From the IMG/VR virus record IMGVR_UViG_3300025093_000020: DNA of 64,000 nt. One strand, given 5' to 3'. The translations under genes and the position numbers were made by a program. Of this stretch, positions 54,377 through 61,919 are shown one piece after another. This DNA is from a virus. Position 1 is the stretch's first letter. Each line of letters begins with the position of its first letter. The notes below the pieces were generated by a model, which saw nothing but the letters and a program-made list of their open reading frames with translations, did not search any database and was not told the origin of the DNA.

Positions 54377-54625
54377 TCAACCCTTGGGCTTCGGTTTCGG
54401 CTTCAAAGGCCGCAGCGTGCCGTGAATGTCCTCCGGCTCAGTGACGCTGTTGCTGAAGACGAAATGGCGCTGCCCCATCAGGTTCTTTCGGGCGAAGATG
54501 CACCAGCAGTGCTCAAGCCAAACCCAATCGCCGTTCCGCATTTGCCTGGGGAACAGGCAAAACACCCGATGCCATTTCGACACCCGCTCGATCCACTGTT
54601 CCTCGGTTTCGCCGCGCCACTTCAT
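54377..54625 (-). CDS. hypothetical protein (82 aa)
   Basis: ORF track. ATGA coupling. Confidence 0.45.
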   Translation of the reverse strand: MKWRGETEEQWIERVSKWHRVFCLFPRQMRNGDWVWLEHCWCIFARKNLMGQRHFVFSNSVTEPEDIHGTLRPLKPKPKPKG

Positions 54626-54987
54626 CTCGGCTTCCCCACTTTTGCGCGAAATTCTTCCGGTAGATGAATGTTGTTCGGCAAATCGCCACCGAAAAATGGT
54701 GCGATTTCGTCATGACGATAGCCCGCAAGTCCACAGCCGATCGGCGTCACCCAGAAAATCATTTCGGGATGTGCTGCGGCATATTCCACGAAGGTGCGAA
54801 CGTGTTTTTCGATCTCGACCAGGGGTAAAGTGTCCAAGTTCCCGTCCTTGGTGGGTATCGCATAGGATTGGCCCTGGATTCCTTCTCCGACGCCGTAAAT
54901 GGCGCCCCAGTTCTTCCTGGCATGGAGAGCTGCACCTTTGCCGTGACGACCGGCCAAATTGGAGCCGAAGACGAAGATTTCGGTCAT
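54622..54987 (-). CDS. conserved phage protein, FGSNxxGxHGxGAA...SYAIPT family (121 aa)
   Basis: IFVFGSNLAGRHGKGAA...GQSYAIPTKD...IGCGLAGY. ATG at 54987 with GGAGG upstream, and ATGA overlap with the thyX stop. Confidence 0.55.
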   Translation of the reverse strand: MTEIFVFGSNLAGRHGKGAALHARKNWGAIYGVGEGIQGQSYAIPTKDGNLDTLPLVEIEKHVRTFVEYAAAHPEMIFWVTPIGCGLAGYRHDEIAPFFGGDLPNNIHLPEEFRAKVGKPR

Positions 54988-55841
54988 GCGGTTACCTCCA
55001 GCATCTTGCGGTGTTGATCCCAGCCGGCCAGGTTCCCCCACAGATCCGTGCCTTCATCGCCTGTCAAACGTGCTTGATGCTCGAAGGGCGACATGTGCTT
55101 GGACTCGAGCAGCCGCTTGGCCAGCGCGAGGTCTTTCTCGATGTCAGGGTTACTCCCGTCATGGTTCAGATAGGACACGCGGGCGCACCGGGCGGCGCTG
55201 ATCATGGCGAAGGTATCGAAGTCGTGCCAACCGCCCGTTTCGTTCTTCGCCCAGATGGCTTCCGCATCGGACTGCGTGAAGTAAGGCAAGTGCCATGTTT
55301 GCGTGGTAGGCTCGCTCCCCGCAATTGCATTCCGCATCGCCTCGGCCAGCGCCCGCATCGTGGGATCTGCGTCGGGGTGGCAGCGCAGGTCGAAGAAGTT
55401 CTCCCATTCCGTCGCGGTGACGACCACGGTGATGTGCCCGAAAGGTTCGAGCAGCCGGTTGACGATCTGCTTGTGGTAGCCTGCTGCGGTGAAGGAACGA
55501 GCCACCCAAACAGCGTTATCGCGAGCCTGCAGCCAAGCCGAAGCTGCGCTGTGCGGAATCATTTCAGTGTCTTCACACAAGAACACTGGATTCGTGCATT
55601 CCCCACCGGCCTGCATCCCCGGCTTGTTGCTGCCCCACGCCACCGGCATCGCCGGATCTTCCTCCACGTCGCGGATCATCTTCTCGATCGGAATAGCCCG
55701 GCTGCTGCTGGCATTGCGGCTGAACACGCGGTGCGTCATGAACTCAGCATGGATAAACCGGGGATAGCGGCATTGCAGCGTGATGAGATCCGGGGAATAT
55801 GTGGCGCGGCTGTGTGCGATAACTTTGACAGAAATGGTCAT
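54984..55841 (-). CDS. thyX: Flavin-dependent thymidylate synthase
   Basis: ThyX signature RFIHAEFMTHRVFSRNASSSRAIP (RHRxxSxxxxSxR type). ATG at 55841 preceded by AGGAGGA. Confidence 0.85.
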   Translation of the reverse strand: MTISVKVIAHSRATYSPDLITLQCRYPRFIHAEFMTHRVFSRNASSSRAIPIEKMIRDVEEDPAMPVAWGSNKPGMQAGGECTNPVFLCEDTEMIPHSAASAWLQARDNAVWVARSFTAAGYHKQIVNRLLEPFGHITVVVTATEWENFFDLRCHPDADPTMRALAEAMRNAIAGSEPTTQTWHLPYFTQSDAEAIWAKNETGGWHDFDTFAMISAARCARVSYLNHDGSNPDIEKDLALAKRLLESKHMSPFEHQARLTGDEGTDLWGNLAGWDQHRKMLEVTA

Positions 55842-56146
55842 TCGCCATCCTCCTGATGATGGGTATATTGCAGTTTGCGCGCCCAAATCTTCGGCGCCAC
55901 CGATTCCATGTCACCTAGGGCAGAAACGTCACCCTGCTCCACCATTGCCCAATGAACGGCGAATATATCCCGGACCTCTGCTTCCAGTTTCGCGAGGTTG
56001 CTAAAATACGGAGTATCGGGATGGTGGCTATTATACCCGTGGCGCAGAATTTTGCCGACCACTTTGACGACTTCGCCGCATTCCTCTGCCAACATGGCAA
56101 GGCGTTCGGCTTCGGCAGGTGTGAGATTGTTGAAGGGTTGCTGCAT
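55838..56146 (-). CDS. mazG: MazG-like nucleoside triphosphate pyrophosphohydrolase (102 aa)
   Basis: LAMLAEECGEVVKVVGKILRHG (EExxE) and AKLEAEVRD acidic helices. ATG at 56146 preceded by GGAGGG. Confidence 0.7.
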   Translation of the reverse strand: MQQPFNNLTPAEAERLAMLAEECGEVVKVVGKILRHGYNSHHPDTPYFSNLAKLEAEVRDIFAVHWAMVEQGDVSALGDMESVAPKIWARKLQYTHHQEDGE

Positions 56147-56276
56147 ATCACAACCCTCCGAAGGTTTTAATAAGCCGGCCGAAGCCGAACGCACCGCCGA
56201 CCTGATCGCCGTCGCGCAGATTACAAAGAGATGTAACATGTCAATTCCATTTGTTGAGGTTGTCGGTAAAGAATGC

Positions 56277-56483
56277 TCATGTGATTTCAGCCCCTGTGCG
56301 GGATGCACGATCACTTGCCACAAATACGGTGCGTTCGGCCCGGTCGCGAGGGCCGATGTCGCTCCCTTTTGCTTTCGGCATTCTTTCGACAGCGTATTCA
56401 AGCATCAACTTCAATTGCTGCAATTCGGCGTTGCTGAACACCAACACAACGCTGCTTGCGTGTTTAACATAAGAGGCCATCAT
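56277..56483 (-). CDS. hypothetical protein (68 aa)
   Basis: ORF track. Confidence 0.4.
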   Translation of the reverse strand: MMASYVKHASSVVLVFSNAELQQLKLMLEYAVERMPKAKGSDIGPRDRAERTVFVASDRASRTGAEIT

Positions 56484-56677
56484 TCAATCCATGGCGTATT
56501 GAATTGGTATTCAGCAACATACTGCAGATCAGGCGATTTGTAGTACGCAACGACATGATGGTCAGCGATGGGGCGCAGTTTGAAGAATGCCGCATCTGCG
56601 GGAACTTCTGCGTCAATCCAACGTCCATCCGCGTTTGGTTCCGCGTCTGGCACAACTTTCAGCGAAACTCGTATCAT
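56480..56677 (-). CDS. hypothetical protein (65 aa)
   Basis: ATG at 56677 preceded by GGGGAGAA. In frame with track ORF 56480..56743. Confidence 0.45.
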   Translation of the reverse strand: MIRVSLKVVPDAEPNADGRWIDAEVPADAAFFKLRPIADHHVVAYYKSPDLQYVAEYQFNTPWIE

Positions 56678-56678
56678 T

Positions 56679-56816
56679 TCATTCTCCCCAGAACTTCTTT
56701 CGCAACTTGACAGCGAGCTTTTCACCGGCTTCGCCAATTGCACGAATTACCAAGATCGCGGTGATGAAAGTCATCAGAACTGCAAAGCTGTCAATGATGA
56801 GCGACACCGTGTCCAT
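56679..56816 (-). CDS. small TM protein (45 aa), not in the ORF track
   Basis: Hand translation gives MDTVSLIIDSFAVLMTFITAILVIRAIGEAGEKLAVKLRKKFWGE. It fills the gap between two coupled genes exactly. Confidence 0.45.
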   Translation of the reverse strand: MDTVSLIIDSFAVLMTFITAILVIRAIGEAGEKLAVKLRKKFWGE

Positions 56817-56818
56817 GC

Positions 56819-57013
56819 TCACACCAAAAGCGCCGTGAAATTCGTCGTCTTCACCGGGTATTGGTGTTCAGTCGTAAACTTGCGTTCAGCGGATGCCATT
56901 GCTGAAATGGTGTTTTCGCGCATGTCACCAATGGAAAAGAAAGCGCCATTGCGCGCTTCACAGATCCATGTGTTTGGCGCCACCAATCGAACAACGAACA
57001 GCGACGGCTTCAT
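56819..57013 (-). CDS. small early protein (64 aa) ending NFTALLV
   Basis: ORF track. ATGA coupling. Confidence 0.5.
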   Translation of the reverse strand: MKPSLFVVRLVAPNTWICEARNGAFFSIGDMRENTISAMASAERKFTTEHQYPVKTTNFTALLV

Positions 57014-57276
57014 ACCAGCAACTCCGTGAAACTGGCTTTCTCAGGTTCAGAGATTTCGCCCAGGCAGGAAGTCAGGGCTTCTGCCAAGGTGGGCTTCCAC
57101 TTTCCGCGCTTCCATTCCAACTGCATTTCGTTGGATTTGATCGACACCTGCCACATGCCGCGCTCTGTCTCGCGTGTCGGTTCATCGCGCATGGTGTAAA
57201 CCGGCGACGAGATCGACAGCTTTTCAATTCCCTGCGTCAGCAGGAAATCTTCAATCTGCTCGACTGTGAGGTTCAT
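57010..57276 (-). CDS. small early protein (88 aa) ending SFTELLV
   Basis: ORF track. Paralogous to the next gene: KWKPTLAEAL against KWAATLDEAF, and the same tail. Confidence 0.55.
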   Translation of the reverse strand: MNLTVEQIEDFLLTQGIEKLSISSPVYTMRDEPTRETERGMWQVSIKSNEMQLEWKRGKWKPTLAEALTSCLGEISEPEKASFTELLV

Positions 57277-57557
57277 ACCAGGAGATCGGTGAAGCTGGGC
57301 TTCTGGGCCGCCTCCGCGGGCAGATCGTCAAAGTCGGTAGCGCGCACCTTGGCAGGTGCAGCCTTCAGCGCGGCCTCAAACGCTTCGTCCAGTGTAGCCG
57401 CCCATTTGTGGACGGGGATGCACTCGCACAGCGCGCCCGGGCTGCTGTAGTAGATCGACGCCAACGCCTTCCCATTGGACCCAACGCCAAACGTGATCGA
57501 CGTGATTTCGTGCTCTGCAATGATCGAGGCCAATGGGGCGAGCGTCAGCATGCTCAC
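57273..57557 (-). CDS. small early protein (94 aa, GTG start) ending SFTDLLV
   Basis: ORF track. GTGA overlap. It also carries TDFDDLPAE. Confidence 0.55.
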   Translation of the reverse strand: MSMLTLAPLASIIAEHEITSITFGVGSNGKALASIYYSSPGALCECIPVHKWAATLDEAFEAALKAAPAKVRATDFDDLPAEAAQKPSFTDLLV

Positions 57558-57901
57558 ACCAGCAGGTCGAAGGTCGCAGGGGCGGGCGAGGGGGCAGCGG
57601 GCTCGTCCAGGAGCAACAGGACCTTGGGCGCCTCAGCAGCGGGGCTCACCTGCCGCGCGCCGTTCTCGTCCTTGTAGGGCACAGAATCTGCAGCCGGCAC
57701 GTCATAGGTCAGCAGACCCGTGTCCATGTTCAAGCTGAGGCCGGTCTCATACTTCTCGCCCTCGGGGAAGATCTCCTTGAGCACTTCGAGCAGCGGCCCT
57801 TTCATCAGGGACAGCGTGACCGGCCGTCCGGCCAGTGTGGTCTGCAGGGTGATGACGCCCTTGGTCTTGCGGATGCCGCCGCGCAGCGCAGAAAGTTGCA
57901 T
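57554..57901 (-). CDS. small early protein (115 aa) ending TFDLLV
   Basis: ORF track. A Pro/Ala-rich linker precedes the tail. The leader TTTCACTTTTATGGAGA lies upstream. Confidence 0.55.
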   Translation of the reverse strand: MQLSALRGGIRKTKGVITLQTTLAGRPVTLSLMKGPLLEVLKEIFPEGEKYETGLSLNMDTGLLTYDVPAADSVPYKDENGARQVSPAAEAPKVLLLLDEPAAPSPAPATFDLLV

Positions 57902-57931
57902 GTGATTGTCTCCATAAAAGTGAAAGGTGGA

Positions 57932-58195
57932 TCAGACCAGGAGGCCCACTGCCTCACGGTACAGTTGCTCAACGGATTCGAATTCGGCCAAGGTGTCGGG
58001 GTCAGTCTTGCGATCTCGGATGACCTTGCGCATCACCTTGACATCGTAGCCGCGCGCCTTGGCCTCAGCGTAGATCTCACGCTTGCGAGCCTTGATGTCC
58101 TGTTCCTCGGACTCCATCTGCTCGATCTGCTCGATGAACTGGTTCAGCTCATCTGTCGCAGCGCTTGGTGCGCCGTTGTGACCGATGTCGCTCAT
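57932..58195 (-). CDS. gapR: GapR / DUF2312 family nucleoid-associated protein (87 aa)
   Basis: LNQFIEQIEQMESEEQDIKARKREIYAEAKARGYDVKVMRKVIRDRK matches the GapR block L..IIDRVERLE.E...I....KEVYAEAK..GFDVKVLKKVVR.RK. Confidence 0.8.
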   Translation of the reverse strand: MSDIGHNGAPSAATDELNQFIEQIEQMESEEQDIKARKREIYAEAKARGYDVKVMRKVIRDRKTDPDTLAEFESVEQLYREAVGLLV

Positions 58196-58215
58196 GATGA
58201 CTCCTTAACTTTGAC

Positions 58216-58234
58216 ATTCACGTTAGACGTGACT
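58216..58234. promoter_or_regulatory. Perfect 15-bp palindrome TCACGT-TAG-ACGTGA
   Basis: 58218-58232, which ends 22 nt upstream of the gapR start and overlaps the stop of the upstream gene. Confidence 0.55.
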
Positions 58235-58498
58235 CGCGCCCCGGTCAAGGCGCTCTTGCATGAACGTGAGAGCATCTTTGCCATAGTTCAGGGCCTCGCC
58301 GCTTTGATGCAGCCGGGTCTCTGAATCGTCCTCGAACTGGCAGACCCATCCGCGCCGTTTGCAGATCTTGTGAACCATGCCGTAGTTGATGCCGGTGGCG
58401 CGGGCGATGTCAGCATAGGTGCATTTCCAGTCGACGGATTTACCGAGGCGCCAGATCACGAAGGCGCGGGCTGCTTGCTGAAATGGGCGGGTGGTCAT
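58223..58498 (-). CDS. HTH DNA-binding protein (91 aa)
   Basis: The YADIARATGINYGMVHKICKRRGW helix-turn-helix. ATGA coupling at 58498. In frame with track ORF 58223..58696. Confidence 0.55.
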   Translation of the reverse strand: MTTRPFQQAARAFVIWRLGKSVDWKCTYADIARATGINYGMVHKICKRRGWVCQFEDDSETRLHQSGEALNYGKDALTFMQERLDRGASHV

Positions 58499-58683
58499 CA
58501 GTCGCACTCCCAATGGTAACCTGTCTTGCCGACGCATTGGACGGCAAATCCTCTTTCGAAGGCCTCTTTCATCAGGGTGTGGTGGGTATTGAGGCGTGTC
58601 AGAAACGGCGGTATTGTGCAGATAGATAGAAAAACAACTACTGCAAATGTCTCTTTCCAGATTTGGATTTGATTTTCGGTCAT
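58498..58683 (-). CDS. small TM protein (61 aa)
   Basis: TM segment FAVVVFLSICTIPPFL. ATGA overlaps at both ends. Confidence 0.45.
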   Translation of the reverse strand: MTENQIQIWKETFAVVVFLSICTIPPFLTRLNTHHTLMKEAFERGFAVQCVGKTGYHWECD

Positions 58684-59900
58684 TTGGTTTCACCATTTTT
58701 ACTGAATACCATGGCTGCGCATGAAAAGGCGATCACCCAAAGCGGAGCGACGAATATCCAAAGTGTCATTGCCGCAAAGAGACCCCACGACTCCGCCATG
58801 GCTGCAATTCCCGCGATCACAATGAAGGCGCATTCGGTGACGATGAAACGCTTTGGCATTTCAGGGATTTTATCGTTGCTCATCATCCAAAATCCCGCGA
58901 GATTTTTTGCCAGTTTTACCAATGAATCCCAGTGCGATTCATTGATGATAAGAATGCCCAATTTTCGCGCCATAGTTAATTTACTACCCGCACCAGGGCC
59001 GACGACAAGAAGATTGGTCCTTGAACTCAAGCTACCGCTTACTTTCGCACCGAGTGATTCCGCCATTGTTTTGGCTTCGATGCGAGTGGTATTTTCCAAG
59101 GTTCCAGAGAAAACGATAATCTTTCCTTGAAACCATTGATAACACAAGTTGGATTCAGGCAGGATCGGCAGTATAAGGTTTTCCATGATACGCTTAGCGG
59201 CCATGGTGAGGGTTACAGTCAAATCTGGGTCGCAGAACTCTCTCAGAGTTTGTTCATCCCAGATCGCGGGTTCGGTTTGCCCGCCTTCCTGCGCGGCGGG
59301 TTTACCTAAGCTAGACACATCGCTTTCCCGTTCCACCGCAGCATCCCAGCACGTCTCTGAACACGTCCATTCTCCGGATGTGATCTGCGCGCCATGAGGA
59401 TCGCCGCCTTCGTCAGCCTCGCGGGGGTCAACGATGCGCGCGCAGATGCAACATTTCGGAAGCATTGCCGCCGCCTCTGCCACCGCGTCAGCGGTCGCAT
59501 GGGAATTGCTCAGCCGCACCGCCGGCCACCCCAGGACATCGACGCACCGCGCCACGAGGCAGGTCGGGCAGAACATGCCGTTGCCGCCGTCGCCTGAGAC
59601 CTGGGCGAAAAGGTCATCGGGCAGCCAGGTGTCGTGCTGAACGGGTGCACCGCAGGACTGGCAGGAGGGGTGATCGGGGGCCGGGGCGTCGGCATTGATC
59701 GCGCGGCAGATCGTCGTTGCGAGGCTGGTCTGCAGGTCTTTCTCGCCCAGTTCTTCAGAATGGCACAGGAACGCAATCTGGCCGATCATGCGCCCATCTT
59801 CCGCAATCAGGTGGACGCTGTTTCCGACAACGCTGGACCAATGCCCCATTTCAGCGCGGAAGGTGAATTTCGGCTCGGGGGTGTGATCCGTGGTGGTCAT
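58680..59900 (-). CDS. Cys-rich protein with a LigA-type BRCT domain and C-terminal TM helices (406 aa)
   Basis: FQGKIIVFSGTLENTTRIEAKTMAESLGAKVSGSLSSRTNLLVVGPGAGSKLTMARKLGILII matches the BRCT domain of NAD-dependent ligases. It is followed by the hydrophobic segments FIVIAGIAAMAESWGLFAAMTLWIFVAPLWVIAFSCAAMVF. Confidence 0.7.
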   Translation of the reverse strand: MTTTDHTPEPKFTFRAEMGHWSSVVGNSVHLIAEDGRMIGQIAFLCHSEELGEKDLQTSLATTICRAINADAPAPDHPSCQSCGAPVQHDTWLPDDLFAQVSGDGGNGMFCPTCLVARCVDVLGWPAVRLSNSHATADAVAEAAAMLPKCCICARIVDPREADEGGDPHGAQITSGEWTCSETCWDAAVERESDVSSLGKPAAQEGGQTEPAIWDEQTLREFCDPDLTVTLTMAAKRIMENLILPILPESNLCYQWFQGKIIVFSGTLENTTRIEAKTMAESLGAKVSGSLSSRTNLLVVGPGAGSKLTMARKLGILIINESHWDSLVKLAKNLAGFWMMSNDKIPEMPKRFIVTECAFIVIAGIAAMAESWGLFAAMTLWIFVAPLWVIAFSCAAMVFSKNGETK

Positions 59901-60085
59901 TGGATTGCACCTTTGCGCCAGATCGTATTGCCGTTGGCGTCCTCAATCCTCACAATGTGAGGATTAGCCTCTGCATGATCCTCCGGCTTGCATTTGTTGC
60001 TGGGTTGGATCGGGTAAAAGTTGTTGGCGGTGTGCATGATCCAGACGGTATCCAGAAGCTCCGCCTTCGTGTCAGGATTGGTCAT
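59897..60085 (-). CDS. hypothetical protein (62 aa)
   Basis: ORF track. ATGA coupling. Confidence 0.45.
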   Translation of the reverse strand: MTNPDTKAELLDTVWIMHTANNFYPIQPSNKCKPEDHAEANPHIVRIEDANGNTIWRKGAIQ

Positions 60086-60474
60086 GCTTTCGGTTCCTCG
60101 CAGGATGCCGGGGTCACGGCGTCAAGCGCCTCGCAGAAGCTGCACCAAACCGTGAAGCCGGCATTGACGACCTGGTATTGCTCGCCGTGGATCACGTCCA
60201 TGCCAGCGCGCGACCGCTCCAACATGTCGTCACGGAGAGCCTGCGCGGCGGTGCGGAGGCGGATCAGATCGTCTTCCATCTTGCTATGGGCATTGGCGCC
60301 GACTTGGACAGCTGCGATCAGGTCTTTCTTCTCGATCTGCAGTCGATCACGCTCGGCTTCAAGGTCAACTACGCGATCCGAATAAAATCTGACCATCTGA
60401 TGATTTTCACAACCACAGTCCCAGAGTTCATCTTTACCGCACCGTGGGCAGGTGGAAGAGGTGTTGTCGGTCAT
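60082..60474 (-). CDS. Cys-rich coiled-coil protein (130 aa)
   Basis: CPRCG...CGC at the N-terminus, a central coiled coil, and C..C near the C-terminus. Confidence 0.5.
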   Translation of the reverse strand: MTDNTSSTCPRCGKDELWDCGCENHQMVRFYSDRVVDLEAERDRLQIEKKDLIAAVQVGANAHSKMEDDLIRLRTAAQALRDDMLERSRAGMDVIHGEQYQVVNAGFTVWCSFCEALDAVTPASCEEPKA

Positions 60475-60947
60475 GCTTTCGTTCCTTTGTCCTGCTGCCG
60501 CTGGAAAGCCTCTACGAAATTGCGGATGCAGTCAGGTACAGGCCGTTGGCATTTGATGGTGAATTCCGCCTCGAACAGCGGCTTCGCCTGCCATGGGTGG
60601 TCACTTTCCAGCAGGCTACACGGTGTCAGCTCGTTCTCAGGTTTCATGACCATCTGAAACGAGGTGACGTGCTTCGCCAGTTCGTCCACCGTGCTCTGAA
60701 CTGGAGGCAGAGGGCGCTTGGGCAGGCGGGAGAGCGCCATTTCCTCCAATCTCTCAAGGATGCGGTCGGGGTGCCGCGCGCTTTCAATCGTCGCCCATGC
60801 GATGGATTGTGTTTGGCTGTGCGGACCTTGAGTTGCATAAATGGTGAGCCCGCACGTCTCCGCGCGCCAGAACGCAACGATGCCATGCAGATCATACCAT
60901 TTAGCAACGCGATCTGCGGCGGCCATCAGGATGGAAAGGTCGGTCAT
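60471..60947 (-). CDS. hypothetical protein (158 aa)
   Basis: ORF track. ATGA coupling. Confidence 0.5.
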   Translation of the reverse strand: MTDLSILMAAADRVAKWYDLHGIVAFWRAETCGLTIYATQGPHSQTQSIAWATIESARHPDRILERLEEMALSRLPKRPLPPVQSTVDELAKHVTSFQMVMKPENELTPCSLLESDHPWQAKPLFEAEFTIKCQRPVPDCIRNFVEAFQRQQDKGTKA

Positions 60948-61303
60948 TTCAGCGTCTCCCGGAAGGCATCGATTGTCTCGACCAGTTCAGCGCCCCGCGG
61001 CCCGGCAAAGTTCTTCGCGAACCAGTCTGCGGCTTCAGCCATCCGCTCAGCGGCCAGTAGCGCGGTCTCATAGCTATCGACGCTCAGAGCCCGGTTCACG
61101 TTGGCATCCAGCTCGACATCCATGGTGAAGGCGTCGGGAACTGCGAAGATCGCAATGGGGCCGGCGAGGTCCGTACCGATGGCGATCTGAGAATTGTCGG
61201 TATCAGTGTTCAAGGACCATCCATCCTCAGAAGCGTCCACCTTGATCCACTGACCTCGGGTTCCTTCTTGGCGGTCGCGTTTGATGCGTTCGATCAGGTT
61301 CAT
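60944..61303 (-). CDS. hypothetical acidic protein (119 aa)
   Basis: ORF track. RBS GAAGGAA. Confidence 0.5.
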   Translation of the reverse strand: MNLIERIKRDRQEGTRGQWIKVDASEDGWSLNTDTDNSQIAIGTDLAGPIAIFAVPDAFTMDVELDANVNRALSVDSYETALLAAERMAEAADWFAKNFAGPRGAELVETIDAFRETLK

Positions 61304-61306
61304 GAT

Positions 61307-61531
61307 TTATTCCTTCTGCTCCTTTGCGTATTCGATAATGATCAAACCCGTGATGATGAAAACCAAACCAACTGGCACGATCCAAAGTCCTATCAGAATG
61401 AGGAATACCATGAACAAGAGTGTGCAGAGACCCGCGATGGCAGTGGTGATTCCGACAAAGAACGTAACAAAGAAATTGCGATCAAAATCGAAAGCCCAAG
61501 CGTAAAATTTTCTGATGTGTTTCACGATCAA
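61307..61531 (-). CDS. two-TM membrane protein (74 aa)
   Basis: FFVTFFVGITTAIAGLCTLLFMVFLILIGLWIVPVGLVFIITGLIII. Confidence 0.5.
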   Translation of the reverse strand: MIVKHIRKFYAWAFDFDRNFFVTFFVGITTAIAGLCTLLFMVFLILIGLWIVPVGLVFIITGLIIIEYAKEQKE

Positions 61532-61755
61532 GATCCATCTATGATGTTTCTATAGCCCACCGTAATTCGGCAGGACGGCTTGAGGTAGATGTCCTTTTCC
61601 TTTGGCGCGTGATTGCGGTGCCATTGTCGTGCATCTGCATGAGCTTGCGCCACAGTCTCAGATGAACTGCAGATCCCAATGTAACCTAGCCGACCTTCGT
61701 CCCAATAAAGCATCACGCTCCACGGGACTTTTCCATGTAATGTCAGAATGACCAT
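61528..61755 (-). CDS. hypothetical protein (75 aa)
   Basis: ATG at 61755 overlaps the stop of the upstream small ORF by 1 nt. In frame with track ORF 61528..61860. Confidence 0.45.
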   Translation of the reverse strand: MVILTLHGKVPWSVMLYWDEGRLGYIGICSSSETVAQAHADARQWHRNHAPKEKDIYLKPSCRITVGYRNIIDGS

Positions 61756-61919
61756 CAGAAGAAGATCCACTTGAGAACGCGATACAGGCCGTAGAGCATC
61801 CCAGTGCCGATGGCCGCAGCAGGCAGGATCCACCACCCCGAAATGAAATAGGGATCGCACTCACGGCCTTTCGCCGCCTTATAGTCAGCGGTCAATTCCT
61901 CGGGTGTCATTTCATTCAT
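61755..61919 (-). CDS. small TM protein (54 aa), not in the ORF track
   Basis: Hand translation gives MNEMTPEELTADYKAAKGRECDPYFISGWWILPAAAIGTGMLYGLYRVLKWIFF. ATGA overlap with the stop at 61916. Confidence 0.45.
   Translation of the reverse strand: MNEMTPEELTADYKAAKGRECDPYFISGWWILPAAAIGTGMLYGLYRVLKWIFF

Noticed and set aside
56819-57901. Alternative explanation that the ...LLV* endings are a DNA-level by-product of overlapping stop/start signals (CTGGTATGA or CTGGTGTGA)
   Set aside because: The overlap can explain only the final Val codon. The upstream F-x-x-L-L residues use different synonymous codons in each gene, and the same peptide occurs at N-termini and at non-overlapping gene ends (integrase, MTase). 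Selection therefore acts on the peptide.
57932-58195. Counting GapR (ends AVGLLV), the SLOG protein (ASLLV) and VRR-NUC (KSLLV) as members of the SFxDLL tail family
   Set aside because: They lack the Phe and the acidic position. The GapR C-terminus aligns with the family-intrinsic ...Y..A.G.. ending. I keep them out of the core set to avoid inflating the motif count.
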